This document shows positions 1 through 13,224 of a stretch of DNA of 26,893 bases, piece after piece; position 1 is the first letter of the stretch; each line of letters begins with the position of its first letter. Source of the stretch: Octopus sinensis (Eukaryota). The notes beneath the pieces were generated by a model. The model was not told where the DNA came from, made no database searches, and saw nothing but the letters and a program-made list of their open reading frames with translations. The stretch is taken from the NCBI RefSeq assembly GCF_006345805.1, contig NW_021823819.1:1-26893 (forward strand). The letters are read 5' to 3'. Both the position numbers and the translations under genes were made by a program.

Positions 1-45
1 CAGTCAAATGAAAGAATATATATATATATATTTATATATATATAT

Positions 46-124
46 ACGACGGGCGTCTTTCAGTTTCAGTGCACCAAATCCTCTCACAAGGCTATGGTCG
101 GCCCGAGGTTATAGTAGAAGACAC
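46..124 (-). mobile_element. SINE family A (tRNA/CORE-like head), partial
   Basis: Matches copies at 3761-3910, 11854-11999 and 15134-15284 (ACGACGGGC.TCTTTCAGTTTC...AGTAGAAGACAC); ends where the element at 125 begins. Confidence 0.8.
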
Positions 125-350
125 GGGCATATGGCGTAGTGGTTAAGAGCGCGGGCTACCAACCCCAAGATTCCGAGTTCGATTCCAAGCAGTGACCTGA
201 ACGATAATAATAATAATAATAATAATAATAATTATAATAATAATAATAATATCATCGAAGAATACCTTACGAATGAGAACCCAGGTTCAAAATTTCCCCA
301 AGACACCTGAAGAAGGCTGGAGTGTCTATCAGCCGAAACGTTGGGTTAAC
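125..350 (+). mobile_element. tRNA-headed SINE (family H): tRNA-like head + (AAT)n + hammerhead-containing tail
   Basis: A box TGGCGTAGTGG 132-142, B box GAGTTCGATTCC 175-186, (AAT)n ~204-250, hammerhead-like motif 302-347. Confidence 0.75.
302..347 (+). ncRNA. Minimal type I hammerhead ribozyme motif (Penelope-like, probably dimer-acting)
   Basis: Stem I GACAC 302-306 / GGGTT 343-347 (one mismatch); core CTGAAGA 307-313; extra A314; stem II GGCTG 315-319 / CAGCC 330-334; GAAAC 335-339; GTT triplet 340-342 in palindromic AACGTT. Confidence 0.6.
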
Positions 351-392
351 ACGCTAGGAGGGACTCTTAAAGTCAAAACTACCAATATATCA

Positions 393-425
<33 letters not shown>

Positions 426-759
426 GTAATTGATCAAAACCTGTAGTAAAACTTAAGTTGAAAATGCATAAAGAATATACTGGAATTTATTAAGATTTTA
501 AAAGATAGATAATCACTTGACGGCTTGAATTTCAAAAGTGCATGATAAGTTGGCTGTATCGTAAATTGTGTCTTTTCTGTTCATTGCTGTAAAAACTGTT
601 TGTTTTTAAAGAAAGAATTTGATTCAGAATGCTATTCGTTAGCGTACAGTTTGATTGGTCAACGTTCATGTGACAGGTCACGCGAGAACGTCACGTTAAA
701 GCTTTACCCATTGAATATGTGACATGACTGTTAGATGGGTGATCTATATAAGGAGGTAG

Positions 760-1159
760 AGGTTCTTGTTTAAAATGTTCGTCTCAGAAATTATCGTCTT
801 ATTTTGAGTGATCCGGCCGAACAGTTCAAATTCTTTTAGGCGGTTTCTGATAGTTTGTGGTGTAAAGCTGATGTCAGTTCATCAGATAATTACTTACAAA
901 TGTCCACTGCTGCTAGCATTCAGTTAGCGCCAGAGAGCCTATGGATTTACTGATCCATCTGTACTGTTGTTTTTCTCGGAGCGCCCGTTCTTTGCCGATC
1001 TTTGTGTTGGCCAGTGGCTTGGTAAGGTTTCCATGCTTGAACACAAGCCGTTTTGACGCATCCTAATTGCTTGTTAATTTTCATGAAGGACACATTTTGC
1101 TGATGAAACAACACGACCTTTGATCTTGTAACTGGGCTGATAGTACACCGCTTTCCCAT
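760..1159 (-). pseudogene. Tc1 transposase N-terminal DNA-binding region (no DDE domain)
   Basis: MGKRCTISPVTRSKVVLFHQQ...KDRQRTGAPRKTTVQMDQ*; after stops and a frameshift TPQTIRNRLKEFELFGRITQNKTIISETN, matching the Tc1 pattern R.G.PRKTT...TIR.RL.E.GL.GR; then runs into the left arm. Confidence 0.85.
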
Positions 1160-1243
1160 AGCGAAATAATGTGTAACAATACTCGATTATTAAAAAAAAC
1201 AGTGCAGTAAGACCAGCCATATGACCATCCATTTGGTTTACTA

Positions 1244-1365
1244 ATTTGCATAATTACCTCCTTATATAGATCACCCATCTAACAGTCATGTCACATATTC
1301 AATGGGAAAAGCTTTATCGTGACGTTCTCGCGTGACTGTCATATGAACGTTGACCAATCAAACTG
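1244..1365 (-). promoter_or_regulatory. Putative Pol II promoter of the Tc1 transposase
   Basis: On the minus strand: CCAAT-type site (~1354-1358 on +), TATATAA (~1262-1268) and octamer ATGCAAAT (1244-1251), upstream of the ATG at 1159. Motif-only evidence. Confidence 0.35.
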
Positions 1366-2033
1366 TACACTAACGAATAGCATTCTGAATCAAATTCTTT
1401 CTTTAAAAACAAACAATTTTTACAGCAATGAACAGAAAAGACACAATTTACGATACAGCCAAATTAATTGCACATTAAAGTGATTCAAATTGTAGAAAGA
1501 TAATAACGCCTATATCATTCGAAAGAGAAAAGAATTCTACATAATCTAAAAAGTAAAACAATTTTACAGTTTTGTTAAAAATAAATTAATGAAGGAAAAG
1601 AACAGTCATCATCGGTCTTAAACTTATTTTGGCCAGTACGTGTATATACGTATGTATGTGTATAAATATACACACATATACTCACACGCGAACGCATCCG
1701 ACAGCTATCTGCACAGCTTCCTACTACCAAGTTTAACTCACAAATCTCGATTTCCTTCTTTCTTTCGTTCTTGATTTCTTTCATGCTTTCTTTCATTAAA
1801 TCTTTCACACACCTTCAGTCACGTTGCATCATTTGTAGCATTGCAACGATATGTTGTTGTTGCTGTTTTTCTTTTTCTTTCTTCTTTTCTTTTTAATTTC
1901 CTCCATTATAAGTAATTTCAATTCAGTAATATATTTAACTTGTTTTTATTTATAATTTTTTTTTATCTTTTGTACGAAATTTTTCGACTAAACATTTTCA
2001 TTTCTTTTTTATCTTTTATATTTCGTCTTTTTT

Positions 2034-2225
2034 TTACTTGCTTCAGTCATTAGACTGCGGCCATGCTGGGGCACCACCTTCAAGTATTTTACTCGTGCAA
2101 TCGACCGCAGAACTATTTGTTTTCGCTTATCATTTTTTTGTTTTTGTTTTTTAAGTCTGTTAGTTATTGTCTCTTTTATTAAACAGTGGTTGTTAAGCAT
2201 GTTGAGAAACAACCACAGACACAAA
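2034..2225 (-). mobile_element. SINE family A 3' tail module (diverged)
   Basis: TTACTTGCTTCAGTCATTAGACTGCGGCCATGCTGGGGCACCACC matches tails at 3446-3640 and the reverse complement of 23352-23559; followed by (CA)n. Confidence 0.7.
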
Positions 2226-2297
2226 GGCACACACACACACACACATGCACACACAGACGCATGCACACACACACACACACACACACACATACAAATA

Positions 2298-2522
2298 TAT
2301 GAGGAGGGCGCTGAAAATGTCCTGGCTTTAGGGGAGGGTATCACGAAAAGTTTGGCAAGAGGCCCAAACTTCCGAGTTCTTTTACAGGGTTTAGAAAAAC
2401 TGAAGGACTGCTGCAATAGGTGTGTGAATTTGAGAGGGGGAATATGTTGGATAAAATCATAATTAACTGATCCTCCTATATTTTCTTTTATTCAAAGCCA
2501 GGAGCTTTTCAGCATCCCCTTA
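2298..2522 (+). mobile_element. Mariner-derived MITE retaining the transposase C-terminus
   Basis: TIRs TATGAGGAGGGCGCTGAAAATGTCCTGGCTTT / AAAGCCAGGAGCTTTTCAGCATCCCCTTA; internal LLQGLEKLKDCCNRCVNLRG(EYVG*) matches the mariner C-terminal G..KL..RW.KC....G.Y.E motif. Confidence 0.8.
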
Positions 2523-2534
2523 TGTTATGTTGCA

Positions 2535-2584
2535 TATATATATATACATATATATAGTAGATATATATATATATATATATATAG

Positions 2585-2649
<65 letters not shown>

Positions 2650-2664
2650 TAAATATAGATATAT
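2535..2664. repeat. (AT)n + (AGAT)n microsatellite
   Basis: Direct inspection. Confidence 0.95.
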
Positions 2665-2994
2665 GTGGAGACCCACTTTGGTCGTAACTGACCATGGGAT
2701 TGCACCTAGAAAGTTACCCTCCCAGGCACAAGTCCGGGCAAGGTTGTTTATGGAAGACCAGCAGTCGCCCATGCATACCGGCCTCCCCTCTCCACGCCAC
2801 CAGTGTTATCCAAGAGAAAGGCAAAGGGGCCGATGTAGCTTGGCACCAGTGACGTCGCAACTCATTTCTACAATTGAGTGAACTGGAACAACGTGAAATA
2901 AAGTGTCTTGCCCAAGAGCACAACACGCAGCCCGTTCCAGGATTCGAACTCACAACCTCACGATCGTAAGCTCGACGCTCTAACCGATGAGCCA
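2665..2994 (-). mobile_element. SINE family B (tRNA head + CORE-like domain), full length
   Basis: Reverse complement of 21400-21739; tRNA-like head at the 2994 end; flanked by (TA)n. Confidence 0.9.
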
Positions 2995-3002
2995 TATATA
3001 TA

Positions 3003-3137
3003 TACACGGCGAGCTTCTTTCATTTTCAGTTTTTTTAATCCATTGACAAGGCTTTGGTCAACCCGAAGCTTGGCAGAAGACACTTGCCCATAGAAGTCAC
3101 GCAGTGAGAATAAACCCGGTACCATATGGCTGGGTAG
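3003..3137 (-). mobile_element. SINE family A head (old, diverged)
   Basis: GCTTCTTTCA...ACAAGGCTTTGGTCAACCCGAAG...GAAGACACTTGCCCA...CACGCAGTG similar to 3761-3910. Confidence 0.7.
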
Positions 3138-3445
3138 AGATCAGAATAAATAATACAAAATAATATCGGTAACGTAAAAATATGTATGCGCGTTGATATA
3201 TATATATACATGAAGTATATATATGTGTTGTTATAAAAAGAATAAAATTTATATTTATGCTTGTGTTTGCGTATGTATAACAAAAATATCATTAGATTCC
3301 GTTCTCGGTTTACGCAGAAATTTACTTACGAATTTTGTCTTTCTATGCAACGCATGTGCTTATTCATGAGAGTAACTATCGTTCAAATACGACGTTGACC
3401 ATTTTAAGCGTTCATTATTCTTTCTTTTTTCCTTTTATTCGTCTT

Positions 3446-3724
3446 CATGTTTCAGTCATTTGACTGTATCCGTGCTGGAGCACCGCCTTAAAGGGTTTTA
3501 GTCGAAGAAATCGACCCCCAGGACTTGTTCGCTGTAAGCCTAGTACTTATTCTATCGTGCCCTTTTGCCGAAAACAGCTAAGTTACGGCGACATAAACAC
3601 CCCAGCATCGGTTGTCAAGCAATGGCGGGGAACAAACACACACACACACACACACACACGGGAGAATTCACAAAAAAACCCAAAAATCGAAAACAGGTGG
3701 TGTAGACAACAAACAGATGTATTA

Positions 3725-3762
<38 letters not shown>

Positions 3763-3910
3763 GACGGGCTTCTTTCAGTTTTCGTCAACCAAATCCACTC
3801 ACAAGGCTTTTGTCAGCCAGAAGCTATAGTAGAAGACACACGCCCATGTTGTCACGCAGTGGGAGTGAACCCAGAACCATGTGGTTGGGAAGCAAACTTC
3901 TTACCACACA
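3446..3910 (-). mobile_element. SINE family A, bipartite (head - microsatellite - tail)
   Basis: Head 3761-3910, internal (CA)n/(TA)n, tail 3446-3640; same layout as 23771-24282. Confidence 0.85.
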
Positions 3911-4789
3911 AATTTTATTAAAATGCTATTATATAATTTCTTCCATAAATCGTACGAGCGATGACAAAATCACGTGTGAAATTATGAAATTGCGATACCT
4001 TTACGGCAAACATTGGTCGTTGGCAAATTGTCAAAATCACGACATTATTTTTAAATCCATTATTATGCGATTATACGACAGATTTCTCCATTCAAAATAT
4101 ATTTGATGTCACCTTGAAGACGTTATGCGCGAACATTTTTGGTGGGGTTTGTCGACAAATGTCTGCGAGTACACAAGCGCACGGCTTCGGAAGGAACTCT
4201 GATTCGAGGGAAGATGTATCTACCATTCTTTGAGAGTAGGTATAAAAATGTCGTGCTGCCTAAATTTTGTAGTCTCTGCAGCTTCAAATATCTGGAGGCA
4301 CATAATTTCTAAGTAAGTATTTCGAAACCTGCCTATATAAACCTAATGTTCCTTATGCTTTATTCAGTCTGGTATCAGCTTGAAATTATGTCATTAATTT
4401 CTCACCTAAAGTTTCCTACGAAATGAATAAGTCAACTAAGATTCGAGCATTTGATTTTATACACTCAGACACATTTTGTTTTCTAAGCACAGAAGTATTT
4501 AGCGCAGTCTGTAGCAAACTTCTTTTTTGCTTTTTTATTGTTTGTTTAACGTATTGACATGTTAATGAAAATGAACTTTAAAGCAATTCTCGGCCAGGCC
4601 AACGTTATTCCTGAAGGTATGGCTATTGTCTGTATCGAATTTAGTACAATAGCTTTGGAAGACAGCTACATTTAAGGGGGCAATTGCTTGTAGCAATATA
4701 GTTACATGCCGAAGAAGAGATTGTATTACATTTGACTACATTATTTTACGGATATTGTACATTATCGATCCTAGAAGAATAAAAAGTAA

Positions 4790-4882
4790 TAATAATGAGA
4801 AGGATGATGATAACAATGATAGCAGTAGAAGCAGCAGTAGAAGCAGCAGTAGAAGCAGCAGTAGAAGCAGCAGCAGCAGCAA

Positions 4883-4922
<40 letters not shown>

Positions 4923-5473
4923 CTTCAGCATCGTCGCTATTATCATTATCATTTACAGCAACATTATCATGATAAACATCATAATCATCAAGTTCATCAT
5001 CATCATCATCATCATCATCAACAACATCATCACCATCATCATCACCAACATCGCCATCACCATTATCATCATAATCATCGTCATTAGCAGCAGCAGCAGC
5101 AACAGCATCGTCGTGATTGTAATCGCGATGATCATCGTCGTCAACATTGCCGTAATTATCGTCTTTCATCATCATCACCATCATCACCATCATAATCATC
5201 ATCATCATCGTCGGTGTCGTCGCGGTCATCATCCTCAACATTGTCCTACACACCCCATCGTCTTCATCATTATCATCACCATTATTAACGTAATCATCAT
5301 CATCATCACCACTGCTATAATCATCATCAAGCTACCCACCACCACATACACCATAACAACAATCGTCATCATCATTATCATCATCATCACTATCATCATC
5401 ATGATCATCATCATCATGATCATCATCATCATGATCATCATGATCATCACCATCACCATCACCATCATCATGC

Positions 5474-5510
<37 letters not shown>
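4790..5510. repeat. Compound trinucleotide array (AGC/AGT/ATC)n
   Basis: Direct inspection; accounts for all low-complexity ORFs here. Confidence 0.95.
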
Positions 5511-5511
<1 letters not shown>

Positions 5512-5899
5512 GTTACTTATTTTCAATGCTGCCTTTCTATATATATATGTAAAAAAAACAAAAAGAATCAAAATACAGAAATCTCTTCTTTCTTGTCATT
5601 CGTTGCATGGTTTTAAGTTGAAAATCTTCGACAGTTTATTTTCAAAAGATTAATGGTCGTTAAAATCACAGAAGACAGAACAAAAAACCAATAAAAAAAA
5701 AACATTTTTAGGTACCAAAAAAAAATAACAATCAAAAGAAATATAACAAAACAGAAAACAAAACAACACAACAACAGCAACAACAACAACAACGAAAACA
5801 ACAGCAACAAAACTACGGTGAATCATAAGAAGCAAAAACACAAGAAAGCCTTCAGAAAATCTAAAGAGAAGTTCTTACATTCGGTTCATATACATGCGC

Positions 5900-5966
5900 A
5901 TAAACGTGCGTGTGTGAGTATATACATGTATGTATATAAGCAGATCTATATATCTATATAACATAT

Positions 5967-5997
<31 letters not shown>

Positions 5998-6905
5998 ATA
6001 TATATATATATATATTATATATATTATATATATATAATATGCATATATATATGTATATGGGTGTGTGTATATATATATGTATATATATATGTATATCTAT
6101 ATATACATGTATACACAACACACATAATATACGTAGGTATGTGCTGTGTCTGTATGTACGTACACATATATTTTACACAGGTACATAAATATATATATAC
6201 GAATATGTATGTATTTATTGTATGTGTGTTTGTGTCTGTGTGTGAGTGGGTGCGTGTCTGTGTGTGTGTGTGTGCATATGTATACATGTGTGAGTTCATG
6301 CTTACGTATATATAATATATATATATATATATAATATAGTATATATGTAATCTATTTATATCAATATATATACAAATATATAAATACATATGCATATATA
6401 AATACGTGTGTATATATATATATATATATATAATATATATACATGTGCGTGTGTCTGTGTGTGCGAGTTTGTGTGTGTGTGCGTGTGTATATGTGTGTGT
6501 GCACGTATGTGTAGGAGACTTCCATACACACACACACATATACATATATGCACATTATGTACATGTATATAGATACCTATAAACGCCTATATACTTTTAT
6601 ATATATAAATATATATACATACATATATATACATGCGTGTGTACGTATATATAGTACATGTATGTATATATATATATATAATGTATCAGTCTGTGAATAT
6701 ATATGCATATATCTATAATCACATATGTATACACGCATATAATCATACTAATATAAAACCTATATATCACATGTACATTTATGCGTATATATATAATATA
6801 TATATATATATGTATCTGTGTGTGTATATTATATATATATATGTCTGTATGTTAGTTGTGTACGTACACACACACATATATATATATATACATATATATA
6901 TATAC

Positions 6906-6968
<63 letters not shown>

Positions 6969-7010
6969 ATATATATATATATATATATACATACATATAT
7001 ATATATAAAG
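5900..7010. repeat. Degenerate (AT)n/(AC)n/(GT)n field
   Basis: Direct inspection. Confidence 0.95.
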
Positions 7011-7446
7011 ACAAAACAACAACCGATTTACTTTCTGTTTTATGTTTTGACAAGTTTAACTTTCACGACAGTTAATCTCTGAATAAAATAAATCGATTTT
7101 TTTTTTCTATTTGTTTGTGTTGTTGCTACTATTGATGATGTTTATGATGTTGTTTTTCATTGTGTTTTTTGCTTTTTGTTGTTTTGTAGATGTTGCTGTG
7201 TCTGCTTTCGATGTTGTCTGTGTAACTTATTTTTACGATTTTGTTTTGTTTTTTCTTTTCTCACAGTTTTTCTTCTTATTTTTCTTCGCTTTTTTTTTTT
7301 TGCTTTTTTTTGTTTTAATTTGTATCCTGTTTTGTATTTCCGTTATGTTCCATCGTTTACGTAATTTTCTCCCTCCTTTTAATGTGTATGAGTATATAAA
7401 AAAAATCGGTACGGAAGTACTTATTCTATCTCTCAGGTTTCCTTTT

Positions 7447-7451
7447 CTCTC

Positions 7452-7495
<44 letters not shown>

Positions 7496-7908
7496 CCTCA
7501 CGCACATACACACGCACCCACGGACACAAACACACACCATGCATAAAGAAAGCATGTATAGACATCCATATATTTCTGTATGTGCGCGTGCCTTGTCGTA
7601 ATTACGTTTCACGAGTTTTACATATAGAAATATGACTGAATTGTGTGGATGTGAACATCTTACATACCCAGATACAAATATATGTGTACGTATATATATA
7701 TCTATACATGCACACATGCACTTGTGTTTATTTTTATGTATGCCTGGTTGGGTGCATGCAAATATTTTCACACACATATATATATATATATATATACATT
7801 TTGTTTAATGTCCCCCTAAACATATAAAGCTTACCTGTGTACATTTAAATGTGTGTTCATGCGTGTATATGCATATTATATATCATATACATCATACATA
7901 TATATATC

Positions 7909-7940
<32 letters not shown>

Positions 7941-8029
7941 ATATTCATAACATTCATACATTTATAATATATATATATATTATATATATAATATATATAT
8001 ATATTACTATATATACATATATATAAACA

Positions 8030-8060
<31 letters not shown>

Positions 8061-8108
8061 CTTCCGTATGTCTGTGTATATTGTATATATATATATATAT
8101 ATATACAC

Positions 8109-8145
<37 letters not shown>
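7447..8145. repeat. (CT)n and (AT)n/(AC)n microsatellite field
   Basis: Direct inspection. Confidence 0.9.
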
Positions 8146-8152
<7 letters not shown>

Positions 8153-8659
8153 GCTCAGTGCTTTGTCTGTGTGTGCGTATGTAAGTATATGCTAATACAT
8201 TTGTACATCAGACATTTTGTGTGTAAACGTTGTGTTCTGTTGTAAACTAACAACTCTTATCGAAAACTAGATAAATATATATATGTTAAAATAGATAAAT
8301 AAGGAAAGAAAAAAAACCAGAAAGGATGAACTGCTAGAAAAAAAAATGAAATAAAGAAAAATTACTTATGCAAGACCCACAGTAGATAAGCTAAAATCAT
8401 AATTATCTAAATCTCAATTGAAAGGAAAAAAATATCATTTCTCCATCAAAACAGAAGAGAATAGACAAATACCCCGTAAAATATAAACAGCATTATAGCA
8501 AAAACGTATCCCATTAAAAATAATATATTTCGATATAAAATGTTTATTTCTCAGTGCTAAATAACGGAGAAGACTGGCCAGAGATATTGCTGATGTTGAT
8601 ATTGGTGATGGGAATTTTGTTTGCATTTATCTTTGTTTTTATGTTTATTTTTATGTTAT

Positions 8660-9300
8660 TGGTTAGTTCTGGGAGAAGGGGCAGTTACCCATATTGTGTT
8701 TGCAGTTTTTCCGAGACCGATAGCATTGATGCCGTTTACGTTTCCAATAGGCGGTACAATGTGTACAGAGAAAGAATTCCATAAGTTTGGCATTATGGAG
8801 AAGGAAGGAACGGGTGTGGTGATTAGTTCTGTGTCTGGATGTTGAAAAGAGTTGGAAACAGAACTGATGATTAGCCAAGTGAATCGAGACTGCCTAAGTA
8901 GATACGATACGAGACTCACCAGCCGACGAGAGGCAGAAGCCGTTAGCGTAACGAAAGAAATGGCAAAGAGATGAGACAGCACATCAGTAGGTTAGATTCT
9001 TGAACGAATCTGTGACATCATGCCAATTATTTCTCTGGCTTTTCTTTGAATACGGTTTAGGATATCTGTGTATCTATTGCAGATGACGGAGCATTGCTCC
9101 ACTGGGGCTCTCACATGAATTTTGTAAAGTGCCAGTAATAGTTAGAGGAGTTGATATATTTTCTTGCACTAGATAAAAGGTTAAGTATTTAGGATGCAGT
9201 ATTAGCTGACACTTAGCTTCTGGTAAGACACAGTGCGGCATAATACTGCTTAGACCGTCAAGTCCTGAAATGCACGATATCAACGAATCGTACAAACTTT
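8660..9300 (-). pseudogene. CR1/L2-group LINE reverse transcriptase C-terminal remnant
   Basis: Stitched across frameshifts: NTAS*ILNLLSSARKYINSS / LLALYKIHVRAPVEQCSVICNRYTDILNRIQRKAREIIG / DVTDSFKNLTY*CAVSSLCHFFRYANGFC / PNLWNSFSVHIVPP. Matches LYK..VRP..EYCS.W, L.RIQRKA.R.I, SL..FYRY.NG.C and LWNSLP motifs. Confidence 0.8.
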
Positions 9301-10066
9301 ATTTCCATTTTGAAGAAAATAGGGAACTCTTGGTCGAGAGGGGAAACTCTCTCATCCTTTTTCCTACCATATATTTCTGTTTGTAATAACCATTAGAGAG
9401 CAAGACATTTGAGTTCAAAAATATTCACCAGGATATGTGCATTCATTATGAGCAATCCTCAGTGATAGTAAATCCTAGCATTTGGGAGCGACTGCATGAG
9501 ACATAATTGCGTACTGCTCGTGTTTAATGCTGGTGTAGCTTTTCAAGACCATCGAATATATTTCGATCCTATAATAACCCTTTAGCACCCAGTTTACATG
9601 GTCTCGCTGCTAAGACTCATTAAATATAAAGATCACATAGGGAATATTTGTGACCACCTCAAAGTTGTATCATTACTTCTTGGTACTAAATTACAGCCGC
9701 TCGAGAGTGACGGCTATGACTTATATATTATCTCTAACATATTATCTCTAACAAATTCGTTTTTAATGTTGCTCAAACTCTACAGTAGCAGTCAATTCCA
9801 GTTTACCTTTTCATTTCTCTATGCCGTAGCGTATCAGTTCCATCTACTTCTTGGTAATTGTACGAGTGGTTTTCTTCTAATTATCCGACTTCAGTGTCTG
9901 AAACTAATTTAATGTGTTTCAGTTTTAATTAATTTGTCACTTCTTAGAGTAACTCATATATTTAATTCATTACGCATTTTTATATCACTTTTGAGTTAAT
10001 ATATCTTAAAGTGTTTGCACTAGATCTCTAGTCGCTCATTGTAAATTATTTTAAATCAGCAATATA

Positions 10067-10233
10067 GAGAAGGATGGCTTATAACTAGGAGGGGATGGCT
10101 TATAACTAGAGGATGATGGCTTATAACTAGAGGAGGATGGCTTATAACGAGATGAGGATGGCTTATAACGAGAGGAGGATGGTTTATAACTAGAGGAGGA
10201 TGGCTTATAACTAGAGAAGAATGGCTTATAACT
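10067..10233. repeat. 21-bp minisatellite, 8 copies (GAGGAGGATGGCTTATAACTA)
   Basis: TGG[C/T]TTATAAC recurs at 10075, 10096, 10117, 10138, 10159, 10180, 10201, 10222. Confidence 0.95.
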
Positions 10234-10390
10234 TGCCCACTTAGTTTGTCCGCTAAATTTGTAAATGTTCTTAGTGTTCGGAGTTCTTTTACTTGTTTCA
10301 TTCAACAAACTGTGACAATGTTGGGGAACCGCATTGAAGAATCGACACCAGCGCTTATTTTATTAAGCATCCCACTTATCGTTATCTTTA

Positions 10391-11810
<1,420 letters not shown>

Positions 11811-12090
11811 TACACACACACGCACACACACACACACATATATATATATATACACGACGGGGACCTCTTTCAGTTCCCGACTCCCAAATCCACTCACAAG
11901 TCTTTGGTCAGTTCGGTGCTATAGTATAAGTCACTCGTGCAACGTGCCACGCAGTGGGACTGAACCCGGAAGCATGCAGTTTTGAAACAAACTTCTTACG
12001 TCGGGAAAACTACTAAACTCCTTCCCTAAAAACTGTAGACCTTGTGTCTAACTCGAAAACAGTTTTTTTTTTCTTTATCTTCTAAGGGAA

Positions 12091-12308
12091 GTGGGTTGAC
12101 AGAATTGTTAGTGCAGCGGGCAAAATTCCTTGCAGTTTTTGTTCCGCCTGTTTACCTTCTGAGATAAAATCAGACAGAGGCCTTAATTGTTTTTATCCTT
12201 CCGGTATAGATAAAACAGTACCAGTCAAATACTAGTGCAGGTGGGACTAACTACTGCGCCTCCTTCAAATCTGTGTCTCAAAATTGTGCCTCAATCAATT
12301 AAAAACCA
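12091..12308 (+). mobile_element. SINE family C, old diverged copy
   Basis: Degenerate GACAGAATTGTTAG head, TTTATCCTTCCGG..GATAAAA.AGTACCAG core and TTGTGCC...AAACC tail, as in 26567-26798. Confidence 0.5.
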
Positions 12309-12454
12309 TTGAGGGCTTCTACAGAAATCTGTAGAATCGTCAGAGCCTTGTCTTGTCAACTCCCAGTCAAGTACTGGGGTCGATTTAATCCTTTCCCATT
12401 TAGATTACTAGTCCCCTGTTAAAATTCGAAACAATTATTTTCTCTCTGTGCTCT

Positions 12455-12600
12455 GAAATGGCTGAGTCGTTAGGGTATCGGAAAAATATCTTGCTGATTT
12501 ACCCTGGTACTTTACGTTCTGAGTTCAATTCCCGCTTGGGTCGATAATAAGAAATGTCAGTGATGCCTCCTTCCCTCCAATTTTTAGTCTTGTGCCATGT
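12455..12600 (+). mobile_element. SINE family C fragment
   Basis: GAGTCGTTAG...TTTACGTTCTGAGTTCAATTCCCGC..GGGTCGATAATAAG. Confidence 0.45.
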
Positions 12601-12605
12601 TGTTA

Positions 12606-12730
12606 TATACGACAGGCTTCTACAAAGTTTCCGTCTATGAAAGTCAAAGTCAATCACAAGACATTAGCCGGACCAAAGTTATAGTAATACATTTTCCCAG
12701 TGCTCGACCCAAATGAGCATGTCGTTGCAA
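12606..12730 (-). mobile_element. SINE family A head, old
   Basis: ACGACAGGCTTCTACAAAGTTTCCGTCTA...CACAAGAC...TTATAGTA. Confidence 0.5.
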
Positions 12731-13224
12731 AGTAGGGGGGGTAAGCACCGTCACAGACACACTCACACACACACACTTACATATACATGTATACAATATA
12801 TATATAATATATATATATATTATATATTATAATTATATATATATGTGTGTGTGTGTGTGTGGTGTATGTATGTATGTTTGTATGTATTTATACATATACA
12901 CATATATACATGTCTATATATTCTGTGTATTCCAAACATATCCTAATGTAATCCTTAAGATTGCCGTTTGTACACACTGATGATTTTCCATACAAGGTAT
13001 TTAAAATGGAAAATTACATATTTATATATGTTTTGTAATTTTAATTTTGTTTGTGAAATGAAAGAATTGTTGGTGAAATGTTGATTAATAGATAAATTTA
13101 TTTGCATCCATTAGATCTCTCTGTTTCCTAACTCGGCATTAATGTTTGATATTTTACAATCTATGTATATATATATATATATATATATGTAAAAGGGTGA
13201 AAAGGAACACACGAGTTGATATAT

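Larger units (their letters stand above)
521..1492 (-). mobile_element. Internally deleted Tc1-family DNA transposon with long inverted arms
   Basis: Near-perfect inverted arms ~550-758 and ~1255-1462 enclose a Tc1 transposase N-terminus. Outer termini are only weakly matched, so end coordinates are approximate. Confidence 0.8.

Noticed and set aside
125-200. tRNA genes at SINE heads (also 21400-21480, 15984-16039, 26567-26660)
   Set aside because: Acceptor stems are incomplete and each head continues into a repeat body; these are SINEs, not tRNA genes.
4565-4616. ATG-initiated stretch ending at an AG|GTATGG donor-like site
   Set aside because: Only 17 codons, with no homology I recognise and no supporting downstream exon.
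4746-8110. Many long ORFs (poly-H, -I, -D, -Y, YI/CV repeats)
   Set aside because: They are translations of microsatellites; the same applies to ORFs at 19103-19438, 20482-20793, 23579-24627 and 26070-26662.
8554-8982. Hydrophobic ORFs 8554-8784(+), 8621-8845(+) and 8656-8982(-) as a membrane protein
   Set aside because: Better explained as off-frame or antisense readings of a decayed CR1-group RT plus T-rich flank.
10067-10233. CRISPR-like array (also the 15443-16039 trimer)
   Set aside because: No unique spacers, no cas genes, and a eukaryotic context.
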